DNA from: Elusimicrobiota bacterium
GTDB taxonomy: Bacteria > Elusimicrobiota > Elusimicrobia > UBA1565 > UBA9628
DNA: 64,000 nt
Assembly (NCBI GenBank): GCA_016234805.1
Contig: JACRNU010000028.1
Coordinates: 2,973 to 66,972 of the forward strand
Reading direction: 5' to 3'
The translations under genes and the position numbers were made by a program. The notes under the pieces were generated by a model, which had not been told where the DNA came from, ran no database searches, and saw nothing but the letters and a program-made list of their open reading frames with translations. Below, in pieces: positions 18,249-26,775 of this stretch (position 1 is the first letter of the stretch; each line of letters starts with the position of its first letter).

Positions 18249-19274
18249 TCAGGACTTTCGGGAGGAGGCGGGGACCGGCCGGGAGGACAGGGAGGCTTCG
18301 AGGCTCCGGTAGAGCCGGCCGTAGAGCGCACCCAGCTCCGAGGAGCTCTTGCCGTGGCTGGAGAGCATGTCGGCGTCCACGAGGTAGGCCTTGAGCCCCC
18401 CTGCGCGGGTGGTTCCCACCATAATGTTGGCCCGCCACTTGACCGGGTTTTCGAAGTCAGCCATGAGCACCCCGTTCCCGGCAAGGATGTCGAAGAGCTT
18501 CTTCACATGCGCAAGCTGGTCCCGGGAGACCTTCTCCAGGGTCCGGCCTCGGACGCGCTCCTGCACGATATAGCCGACCGGCTGACCGTCCAGGGACACG
18601 GCTCCCTGCTCGAGGAGCTTGGGCACGACGGCCAGGGGCTCGAGCTTGCGGATGGCCGAGACCTCGAGCCGCTTCTCGGAAAGGCTCTCTCCCCGGCTGA
18701 CCACGAACTTGGTGCTGAAGAGCTTGACCACGGCTTCGCTGTCCGCGGGATGGACGAAGGCCTCCTTGAAGCTGCCGAAGCCCAGAAGAGGGGCGGTCCG
18801 GCCGTCCACCAGGACCTCGCGTCCCGAGCGGGCCACGGTCCCGACCATCTTGCTGGGCGCGGCCTGGAGAACGCCGCCATCGAAGACCGCGCCTGCCTTG
18901 GCTGATTCGGATTCCACCCCAGCCGGCTGTTCCCCGGCCCCTGGCACCGACGGAGAAGCGTCCATGGACGGGACGCCAGGCAGACCAAAGGGGACCCCGG
19001 GGACGATCGGCGCGGCAACAGGCTCGATCGCCGCAGGGATCGGTCCCGGAAGCGTCGGAAGCTCCAGCGAAGGACCAGCCGAAAGGCCCACCGAGACCGG
19101 AACCGTCAAGGAGGTCAGGCTCGTCTGCGGAGATGGAGAGAGCTGGATTCCGGCCGCGGGGATGAGGACCGGACGGCTGACCTGCCCCGTCGGAACGGAA
19201 GCCACGCGGACCGGGGCAGCCAGGCACGGCAGACCTGCCAGCCAGAGGCAGAACGCGGCCAGGATCCTCATCAA
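18249..19274 (-). CDS. Exported protein: signal peptide, Pro/Ser/Leu-rich linker, C-terminal protein-kinase-like fold domain
   Basis: The signal peptide is MMRILAAFCLWLAGLPCLAA|P. The kinase-like landmarks are LGFGSFKEAF (G-loop-like), AVVKLF (VAIK Lys), IVQERVRGRTL (hinge), MADFENPVKWRANIMV (catalytic D...N) and YLVDADM (DFG-like). Confidence 0.6.
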   Translation of the reverse strand: MMRILAAFCLWLAGLPCLAAPVRVASVPTGQVSRPVLIPAAGIQLSPSPQTSLTSLTVPVSVGLSAGPSLELPTLPGPIPAAIEPVAAPIVPGVPFGLPGVPSMDASPSVPGAGEQPAGVESESAKAGAVFDGGVLQAAPSKMVGTVARSGREVLVDGRTAPLLGFGSFKEAFVHPADSEAVVKLFSTKFVVSRGESLSEKRLEVSAIRKLEPLAVVPKLLEQGAVSLDGQPVGYIVQERVRGRTLEKVSRDQLAHVKKLFDILAGNGVLMADFENPVKWRANIMVGTTRAGGLKAYLVDADMLSSHGKSSSELGALYGRLYRSLEASLSSRPVPASSRKS

Positions 19275-19390
19275 GGGAATTATGCCTGGAAACCCTCCCC
19301 GCCGCAGGGGTCCTTGGGCCTAGGACCCGGGGCCAAACGGCAGGTCCGGATGAGGGAGCGGATCAAGCCCGTTTCAAGTATAATCGCTGG

Positions 19391-21589
19391 GTGAACCGCG
19401 GCATGCCGACGCGCGCGCACGGCCCCGCGCTGGCCGCCGTGCTGGGCATGTGCCTTCTCGGCTACGGCTTCCTGCTCGCTCCCGGCCGCGCGCCCTACTC
19501 GCCCTGCTCGGACTTCGTCGCCCTGGGATTGGGCGCGAAAACGGTCCTCTACCAGAGCCTCCAAGCCGGCCGCGGCCTGCCGTTCTGGCGCGATGACGAG
19601 TTCTCCGGCAACGCGGCGCTGACCGACCCGCAGAACGGCTACACCAGCATCCTGAACGCGCCGTTCTGGGTCTGGCCGCCGCTGAAGGCCGCCGGACCGG
19701 CGTTATGGCTGTTCTTCCTCGCCGCGGGCCTCTCCGGCTACGCCGGGGGCTGCGCGCTGGGCCTGGGCCTCTGGGCGTCGCTGCTGACCGCGGCCGCGTC
19801 GATGTTCCATTTCAAGCTCATCATCGCCGGCTATGCCGGCTGGCTGCCGAGCTTCACAGGGGCGGCTCTTTGTCCGCTGCTCCTGGCCGCGGCTTGGCGC
19901 GCGCTGGATCGGCCGAGCATCGGCGCGGCGCTGGGCCTGGGCGCCGCGGGCGGCCTCTGCATCCACGCGGGACACCTGCAGCTGCTCTACTACAGCAGCC
20001 TCTTTCTGGCGGCCTCGGCGATCCTGAAGACCGGCGCGGCCCGGCTTCCCGAGGAAAAGCGCGGCGCTTGGCGCGGCGTGGCCGCTCTGACGGCCGGCGC
20101 CGCCCTGGCCGCCGGGTTGTCGGCCTGCGTCCTTCTGCCGTTGGCCGCGGACGCGCCGCTTCTTTCAAGAGGGCTCCCCTCCTACGCGCTGTTCCTCAGC
20201 GGCCATTCCCTCGCGCCCCGCCACCTGCTGACCTTCCTCGCCCCCGAGATCCTGGGGACTCCGCTCGACGGCAGCTATCCGGCCGTCGAATTGTGGGAGG
20301 ACGTCGCCTACTTCGGCCTCGTGCCGCTGGTCCTCGCCGTCGCGGGCGCCGTCCTGGCGCGACGCCGGCCCGCGGCGCGCTTCTTGGCCGGGGCTTTCCT
20401 CGTTGCCGTGGTCCTCTCCCTGCAAAGCCCGCTGCAGCGTCTGCTCTTCGAAGCCCTTCCGGGGTTCCAGCTCTTCCGCGTGCCCGGACGCTTCCTGTTT
20501 TTCGCCGGCTGGTTCGGCATCGCCCTGGCGGGTTTCGGGCTCGACGAGATCCTGCATCGCATGAGAGAGCGCGCGTCGAAGGCCGCGCTCGCGGCCGGGG
20601 CGGCCTGCCCGCGCCCGGCGTTGCTGGCGCGGGCGTGCCGCCTCCGCGGAACATGGCTGGCGGCCTGCCTCATCGCGGGCATCGCCCTCGAAGGCTCCTG
20701 GCACGCGCGCCGCTACCTGACCATGGTCCCTCAGGAGCAGCTCATCCCCGAGGCCGGCTATCGGAGCTTCTTCGCGGCTCGCAAGGGCCTCTACCGCATC
20801 GTCCCGCTGGAGCGTTCCGCCGTCAACTACGGCTGGGCCGCGCCGATGGGATTGCAGCTGGCGACCGGCTACGGCTCATTCAACTACTCCCACTATCAGA
20901 CCTATTGCGACCTCCTGCGGTGGGGGAAGACGCGCCCGGAGGGGGCTCGGGTCTGGACCGACATCTCCGAGATCAGCCGGCCGGATATGCTCGACGCGCT
21001 CAATGTCCGATACCTCGTTTCGAAGCGCGCGCTGGACTTCCCGCCCGGCCGGTTCTCGCTCGCGGCGCGCCTGCCCGATGAGCCGGTCTTCGAGCTCTAC
21101 AAGGGATTCTCGCGGAGCGACCTGTTCATCTACGAGAACCGGAACGCCTTGCCCAGGGCCTTCTTCGTGGACCGGACGGTCTCCGCGAGGAGCCCGCAGG
21201 AGGCCGTCTCCTTGATGCAGGGAGCGGGGAGCCTTCGCGGCATGGCCGTGGTCGAGGATGGGAGGGCGCAAGCGGGGTCCGGCGCGGGCCCCGCCGACCT
21301 GGTCGAGGCGGCGCAGGCGCACCCGGGAAAACTGGAGGTCCGCCTGCGTTCGCGCGATCTCCGCTATCTCGTCATCAGCGAGGTCTGGAATCCCGGCTGG
21401 CGGGCTCGCCTGGACGGCGCGGAACTCGCCTTGCACAAGACCGACGTCGCGCTGATGGGCGCGTGGATCCCCCCGGGAGAGCATCAGCTCGTCCTCTCGT
21501 TCGAACCCTCGGGTTGGCGGTGGGGGCTGGCGATCACCGCGCTGTCCGTTTTCTTCTTCCTCCTGCCGGCCTGGAGGCTGCGCCGATGA
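19391..21589 (+). CDS. Large polytopic membrane protein, YfhO-like GT-C glycosyltransferase
   Basis: It has many TM segments. The C-terminal LVISEVWNPGWRARLDGAELALHKTDVALMGAWIPPGEHQLVLSFEP plus a final TM is the pattern I associate with the YfhO family. Confidence 0.65.
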   Translation: MNRGMPTRAHGPALAAVLGMCLLGYGFLLAPGRAPYSPCSDFVALGLGAKTVLYQSLQAGRGLPFWRDDEFSGNAALTDPQNGYTSILNAPFWVWPPLKAAGPALWLFFLAAGLSGYAGGCALGLGLWASLLTAAASMFHFKLIIAGYAGWLPSFTGAALCPLLLAAAWRALDRPSIGAALGLGAAGGLCIHAGHLQLLYYSSLFLAASAILKTGAARLPEEKRGAWRGVAALTAGAALAAGLSACVLLPLAADAPLLSRGLPSYALFLSGHSLAPRHLLTFLAPEILGTPLDGSYPAVELWEDVAYFGLVPLVLAVAGAVLARRRPAARFLAGAFLVAVVLSLQSPLQRLLFEALPGFQLFRVPGRFLFFAGWFGIALAGFGLDEILHRMRERASKAALAAGAACPRPALLARACRLRGTWLAACLIAGIALEGSWHARRYLTMVPQEQLIPEAGYRSFFAARKGLYRIVPLERSAVNYGWAAPMGLQLATGYGSFNYSHYQTYCDLLRWGKTRPEGARVWTDISEISRPDMLDALNVRYLVSKRALDFPPGRFSLAARLPDEPVFELYKGFSRSDLFIYENRNALPRAFFVDRTVSARSPQEAVSLMQGAGSLRGMAVVEDGRAQAGSGAGPADLVEAAQAHPGKLEVRLRSRDLRYLVISEVWNPGWRARLDGAELALHKTDVALMGAWIPPGEHQLVLSFEPSGWRWGLAITALSVFFFLLPAWRLRR

Positions 21590-22794
21590 GCCCTCTGCCC
21601 CCTCCGGCGAGCGGAGGACGGCCCGCGCCTCCGGGGACCGCGGGCCCTGGCCCGCTGAGCGCGTCCGTATCGCGGCATCGGTTCTTCTGGGCGCTCATCG
21701 CCGTCGGTTTCCTGTCGCGCCTCCTGCTTGCCGCGATCTCGCTCGGCTCCAATGACATCCTCAGCTGGTACTATTTCGGCGGATCCATCGCCTCGCACGG
21801 CGTGGGGGCGGCCTACGAGACGCTCAACACGCGCGCCCTGCTCTTCAACTACCCGCCGCTCACGGGCTATTTCGCGCAAGGGGTCTATCTCCTGGCCGGC
21901 GGACAGATGCGGCTGTTCGCCCTGTTCTTCAAACTCCCGGGGATCGCGGCTGAGGCCGCCGGGGCCTACCTTCTCTACCGCCATGTCCTGGGGCGCCTGG
22001 GCCCGCTGGAGGCGAGCAAGCGCGCGGCTGCGTTCTCGCTCAGCCTGGTCTCGATCCTGATCAGCGGCTATCACGGGAACACGGACCCGATCTATTGCTT
22101 CTTCGCGTTCGCTTCCGTGGTTTTTTGGGAGGATGAAAGGCCGTTCCTTTCCGGGCTGAGCCTCGCGGCCGCGATCAACGTCAAGCTGATCCCCCTCATG
22201 ATCGTTCCCGTGATGCTGTCTCAGGCGCGATCCAAGGCTTCCCTGGCGCGCTTCGTGGCCGGCCTTTCCTGCGCGGCGATACCCTTCCTGCCTTTCATGC
22301 CCTCGCATGGCGCCGCGATCCTGGACAATGTCTTCCTCTATAAAGGCTACCCGGACAACTGGGGGTTCTCCTTCCTCTTCAAAAGCCCGGCCTATTTCAC
22401 CTGGGCGCGCGGCTTGATCCTCCTGCTGATCACGGCGCTCTGCGGCCTGGCCCGCATGAGACGACGCGGCACGGCTGGGGAATTAGCCTCAACGAGCTGC
22501 GTCCTATTCCTGGTCTTCACGCCCGCCTTCGGCATCCAGTACGCCCTCTGCCCTCTCCCGCTTCTTTTCTTGGGAAGCCGGCGCCTGGCCGGCGGGTACG
22601 CTCTCTTGTCCGGGATCTTCGCTTCTTCGCTCTATGCCCATTGGTGGACGGGCGGCTTTCCCCTGGCTTCGTGGTTCGCGACGGCGATGCCTCCGCCCCA
22701 GGTCGCCCTGGGATTCGCCGTGTGGCTTTATCTGCTGGTCTTCCTCTACCGGTTGACGTGCACCACTTTAGCCGGAGGGAAGCCGTTGAAGTAG
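21586..22794 (+). CDS. Polytopic membrane protein, GT-C-like (DUF2029 / GT87-like mannosyltransferase family)
   Basis: The start is reset to the ATG at 21586, which overlaps the upstream stop as ATGA. It has about 10 TM segments and an AAINVKLIPLMIVP motif. Confidence 0.55.
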   Translation: MSPLPPPASGGRPAPPGTAGPGPLSASVSRHRFFWALIAVGFLSRLLLAAISLGSNDILSWYYFGGSIASHGVGAAYETLNTRALLFNYPPLTGYFAQGVYLLAGGQMRLFALFFKLPGIAAEAAGAYLLYRHVLGRLGPLEASKRAAAFSLSLVSILISGYHGNTDPIYCFFAFASVVFWEDERPFLSGLSLAAAINVKLIPLMIVPVMLSQARSKASLARFVAGLSCAAIPFLPFMPSHGAAILDNVFLYKGYPDNWGFSFLFKSPAYFTWARGLILLLITALCGLARMRRRGTAGELASTSCVLFLVFTPAFGIQYALCPLPLLFLGSRRLAGGYALLSGIFASSLYAHWWTGGFPLASWFATAMPPPQVALGFAVWLYLLVFLYRLTCTTLAGGKPLK

Positions 22795-23888
22795 GTGGAC
22801 GAGGCGTGGCTGTAGGCCCCGATGTTCGGGCTGTAGAGGAGCTCGCCCAGCTCCAGGTCCGCGGGGAGGTTCTCCGACATGGAGATGACGTCGAGCGCGT
22901 CGCAGGTCGGGCCGAAGACGCCGCAGATCTGCTCGCGCCCCTTGCGGAACGCCTTCATGTGGTAGTGGCAGTGGTCGAAGATGATGCCGGAGTAGGTGTG
23001 GTAGACCCCGTCGTCGACGTAGTAGCAGACCTTGCCGTCGCGCACCGCCTTCCCCTGGATCTTGACCACCGAGGTCGCGGCCGTGGCGATCATGAAGCGC
23101 CCCGGCTCGGCCAGGATCTCGATGTCCTTGGGGAAGAGCCGGTCGATCTCGGCGTTGATCTTCCCGGCCAGGACGCTGAAAGGCTTGACCGACTCGTCGT
23201 AAGGAGCCGGGAAGCCGCCGCCGAGGTCGACCAGGTTCATGCGGCCGTAGCCGCGGTCGCGCGCCTCCTTGAAGATGTCGGCGGCCAGGTTGATGGCCTG
23301 GACGAAGTTCTCGAAGTTGGTGGTCTGGCTGCCCACGTGGAAGCTCAGCCCTTCCACCACCAGCCCCTCCTTGACCGCGGCGAGGATGAGGTCCACGGCC
23401 TCGCCGGGAGCGGCCCCGAACTTTGAGGAGAGCTCCACCATGGCCCCGGTGTTGGGCACCCTGATGCGCAGGGCCAGGCCCGCGTGCGGCGCGCAGCGCT
23501 TGATCTTGCGGATCTCCTCTTGGTTGTCGTAGGTCACCAGGGGCTTGTAGGGGTCGAGGTCGCGCAGGGTCTCGTCGGCCTTGATGGGGTTGGCGTAGAT
23601 GATCTTGTCCCAGATCCAGGCCTGCCGCTCCTTGGCGGGCATGCGCTTGATGTTCTCGTAGACGATGCGGAACTCCGGCATGGAGGCCACGTCGAAGCTC
23701 GCGCCCGCGTCGTAGAGGGTCTTGACGATCTCGGGCAGGGGCTCCGCCTTGACCGCGTAGTAGGCCTGCACCCGGGGGAGGTGCTTCTTGAACTGGCCGT
23801 AGTTGCGCCGGATCTCGTCATGGTCCACCACGAAGATCGGCGTGCCGTGCCGGGCCGCGAGCTTCTGCAGCTGCTTGTTCGATATCAT
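22746..23888 (-). CDS. PLP-dependent ornithine/lysine decarboxylase (alanine-racemase-fold group IV decarboxylase)
   Basis: The start is reset to MISNKQLQKLAARHGTPIFVVD. It has YYAVKAEP (PLP Lys), HVGSQ, DLGGGFP, EPGRF and GPTCDALD. Confidence 0.85.
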   Translation of the reverse strand: MISNKQLQKLAARHGTPIFVVDHDEIRRNYGQFKKHLPRVQAYYAVKAEPLPEIVKTLYDAGASFDVASMPEFRIVYENIKRMPAKERQAWIWDKIIYANPIKADETLRDLDPYKPLVTYDNQEEIRKIKRCAPHAGLALRIRVPNTGAMVELSSKFGAAPGEAVDLILAAVKEGLVVEGLSFHVGSQTTNFENFVQAINLAADIFKEARDRGYGRMNLVDLGGGFPAPYDESVKPFSVLAGKINAEIDRLFPKDIEILAEPGRFMIATAATSVVKIQGKAVRDGKVCYYVDDGVYHTYSGIIFDHCHYHMKAFRKGREQICGVFGPTCDALDVISMSENLPADLELGELLYSPNIGAYSHASSTYFNGFPPAKVVHVNR

Positions 23889-23911
23889 CGAGGTCCTCCT
23901 CGGTCGTGGGA

Positions 23912-25378
23912 TCAGTCGCCGTCCGTGATCAGGAAGTTCTTGAACTGCCAGGGGTCTTTCCGGTCGATGGCCGGGTTGTTGTAGCCCTGGAAGGCGTTGG
24001 CGTAGTGCTTGAGCGGCGTCCAGTCCGAGCGCTTGGAGATGAACTTGCCCAGGTAGGGCTTGGCCACCCCGAGGATGAACTCGTGGGGCAGGTCGTCCGG
24101 CACGACCACGCCCCGCTCGGGGTTGTCGATCATCCACATGGCGGCGGCCGCCACGGAGACGGCGACCTGCATGGTCGTGGCGTTCTGGTGCGGGATCAGG
24201 CGGCGCGACTCCGCGATGCTCAGGTCGCTGCCGGTCCACCAGGCGTCGTAGGGGTGGCCCATGATGAGCGCGCCCAGGATGTCGGAGCCGCTGGTGATCT
24301 CGTCGTTCATGATGCGGATCCTGGGCTGGAGCCGGTAGTCGCAGCCGCGCAGCTCGTTGAGCGAGACGATGGCCGCGTCGCTGGGGCAGTAGGCGTAGTG
24401 CACCGTCGGACGGTAGAGGGCCTTGCCGTCCTTCCAGACCGTGAGCTTGTCCGAGATGGTGAAGGCCTCGCCGTGGCGGACCACCATGCCGTGGATGCGG
24501 TAGTCCGGCACCCAGGAACACACCCATGTGTTCATGCCCATGCGCGCCAGGCATATCTGGTTGCGCGGGCCCTCCTTGTGCCGGCAGGCGTAGGGAGGCA
24601 GCTCCTTCTCGTGCGTGCCCCAGCCCAGCTCGGCCGTGGTGGTCCCTTCCTCACGGAAGCCCTCCACGCTCCAGGTGTTGACGAACTCGTCGACCTGCTT
24701 GGGAACATCCGAGACCTGCGTGTCGCGCTCGCTGCAGTGGATGACCTTGACGCCGAGCTCCATGGCCAGGCGGTTGAAGGTCTGGTCCTTGACGAGCTGG
24801 CGGAGCTCCTCGGCGGCCCTGCCCTTGACCTTGCGCTCGGCCAGGAGGTGCTTGGCTATGTCCAGGAGCCCGTATTTGGTGAAATGTGAGATGAGGCCGG
24901 GATTGGCCCCGTGCTCGAGCACCGCGGTGGGGCCGGGACGGCGCCACTGGGCGATCATGCGGCGGACGTTCATGTGCCGCCAATAGAGCGTGCGCTCGGT
25001 CGGGTGCTTGTCCTGCGCGCCGGTGTAGGGGTCCCAGACCTCGGTGGACGTGTTGATATAGAGCACCCCGCGGTCGTGGCACCACTGCAGGAACTCGCAG
25101 GCGTCGATGTTCCAGGCCAGGTCGATGAGCACGTCGCCCGCGCCGACGTACTTGCCCAGCAGGGAACCCAGGTTCTGCTTCGTGACCCTGGCGCGCACGA
25201 AACGCACGCCCTTGGCGAGCCAGGGCTTGAGCCCGCCCCTGCGGTCCTCGAAGTCCATCACCGTGACGTTCTTGGCCGGGACCTTCATGAGCTTCATCAG
25301 GATGGGCAGGGCGCATTGCGCCACGGCGCCGTAGCCCAGGAAGAGGATCCTATTGTCGAATCTGGTCATTGGTTTCAT
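23912..25378 (-). CDS. hss: Bacterial homospermidine synthase
   Basis: 488 aa. It has an N-terminal Rossmann motif (ILFLGYGAVAQ), LEHGANPGLISHF, WGTHE and a conserved C-terminal half. Overall it resembles the bacterial HSS sequences I remember. Confidence 0.8.
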   Translation of the reverse strand: MKPMTRFDNRILFLGYGAVAQCALPILMKLMKVPAKNVTVMDFEDRRGGLKPWLAKGVRFVRARVTKQNLGSLLGKYVGAGDVLIDLAWNIDACEFLQWCHDRGVLYINTSTEVWDPYTGAQDKHPTERTLYWRHMNVRRMIAQWRRPGPTAVLEHGANPGLISHFTKYGLLDIAKHLLAERKVKGRAAEELRQLVKDQTFNRLAMELGVKVIHCSERDTQVSDVPKQVDEFVNTWSVEGFREEGTTTAELGWGTHEKELPPYACRHKEGPRNQICLARMGMNTWVCSWVPDYRIHGMVVRHGEAFTISDKLTVWKDGKALYRPTVHYAYCPSDAAIVSLNELRGCDYRLQPRIRIMNDEITSGSDILGALIMGHPYDAWWTGSDLSIAESRRLIPHQNATTMQVAVSVAAAAMWMIDNPERGVVVPDDLPHEFILGVAKPYLGKFISKRSDWTPLKHYANAFQGYNNPAIDRKDPWQFKNFLITDGD

Positions 25379-26775
25379 CGCCCCGCAATGATAGCATGAT
25401 TGCCTCGGGATGCGCGTGGAGCGCTCGCTGACAGCAGTTCAGCGAGCGCCTGGCGGAACACCGACGTGTGGCGGTCGACGTCCCCTGCCGTGGTGGCAGG
25501 GCTCATCAGCGCCATGTTGTGGAACGGGGTGAGCAGGACGCCGCGGTTGAGGGCGTAGAGGTGCATGAAGCGCTCGAGATCGAAGTCCGCGGCTGCGGCC
25601 GCCTCCCCCCCGTTGCTCGGGACTTGGGCATGGAACAGGTACTCGGCGCGGCACCCGAGGCGCGCCACGTGCCACGGCGCCCCTGCCTCCGAGATCGCCC
25701 GCGCCGCGCCGTCCGCGAAGCGCTCGGCCAAGGGGATCATCCGCTTGAACGCGGCCGGAGTGAGGACCTTCTCCAGGGTGACGCGCATGGCGGCCATGGA
25801 GAGGGCGTTGCCGGCCAGGGTCCCGCCGATGCCGCCCACGTCGCAATCCTCGATCCGGATCCCTTCAGCCACCCTGCCGGCCACCTCGGCCGTGAAGCCG
25901 TAGGCCGCGGCCGGGATGCCGCTGCCGATGGGCTTGCCGAGCACCCAGAAATCGGGCGCCAACTCCCACTCCCGACTGCACCCGCCGGGCCCGGCGCAGA
26001 TCGTGTGCGTCTCGTCCAGGATGAGCAGGGTGCCGGCGCGGCGGGTCAGGTCCCGCAAGGCGCGGTGGAAGCCCGGGGCGGGATGCACGATGCCGACGTT
26101 CGTCATGGCGGGCTCGGCCAGCACGCAGGCCACGTCCCGGGGAGCGAGCGCGGCCTCGAGCGCCGCCACATCGTTGAACTCGACCACCTTAGTCGTCACG
26201 CAGGGGTCCACCGGCGGGCCGATGCTGCCCCTGCGGCGCACGGCCTTGCCGTCCTGGAGCGCGATGAAGGCCTCGTCCACGGTGCCGTGGTAGCAGTAGT
26301 TGAATACCAGGATCTTCGGCCGCCGCGTGATGAGCCGGGCGAGCCGGATGGAGAAGCGGTTGGCGTCCGTGGCGGTCAGGGCGAACTGCCAGGCAGGGAG
26401 TCCGACCCTGCGCTGGAGCTCCTCCGCCACCTTGAGCGCGTCCTCGGTGGGCAGCATGGCGGTGGCCCCGCGCCGGAGCCTGGCAACGATCGCCTTCACG
26501 GCGGCCGCAGGCGCGTGGCCGGTCATGGCCCCGGTGTCTCCGAGGCAGAGGTCCACGTACTCCCTGCCGTCCGCATCGGTGAAGCGCGCCCCTTTGGCAC
26601 GGACCACGAACACCGGGAAACCGCCGGGCCACTTCGACATCCAGTTCATGGGCACGCCGCCCGGCATGGAACGCCGGGCGGACGCGAAAAGGGCCGCCGA
26701 TCTCGGGTGGGAGCGCCGGAACTCCCGGACCTCGCGGGACATCAGAGCCTTGAGACGGGAACGGTCGATCCTCAT
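25375..26775 (-). CDS. Class-III PLP aminotransferase/aminomutase (glutamate-1-semialdehyde aminomutase-like)
   Basis: The start is reset to MRIDRSRLK, an ATGA overlap with the permease stop. It has YHGTVDE, ILDETHT and VLGKPIGSGIPAAAYG (PLP Lys). The stop overlaps the hss start as ATGA. Confidence 0.8.
   Translation of the reverse strand: MRIDRSRLKALMSREVREFRRSHPRSAALFASARRSMPGGVPMNWMSKWPGGFPVFVVRAKGARFTDADGREYVDLCLGDTGAMTGHAPAAAVKAIVARLRRGATAMLPTEDALKVAEELQRRVGLPAWQFALTATDANRFSIRLARLITRRPKILVFNYCYHGTVDEAFIALQDGKAVRRRGSIGPPVDPCVTTKVVEFNDVAALEAALAPRDVACVLAEPAMTNVGIVHPAPGFHRALRDLTRRAGTLLILDETHTICAGPGGCSREWELAPDFWVLGKPIGSGIPAAAYGFTAEVAGRVAEGIRIEDCDVGGIGGTLAGNALSMAAMRVTLEKVLTPAAFKRMIPLAERFADGAARAISEAGAPWHVARLGCRAEYLFHAQVPSNGGEAAAAADFDLERFMHLYALNRGVLLTPFHNMALMSPATTAGDVDRHTSVFRQALAELLSASAPRASRGNHAIIAGR

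Noticed and set aside
22746-24554. Track ORFs with long N-terminal extensions that suggest giant proteins: 22746..24554, 25375..27531, 33316..36207, 36746..38368, 53147..54523, 54618..58100, 57689..59227 and 31471..32808.
   Set aside because: The extensions run through the coding region of the upstream gene in another frame and translate to low-complexity Arg/Pro/Gly sequence. In each case an internal ATG coincides with the upstream gene's stop (often ATGA) and yields a normal-length family member.
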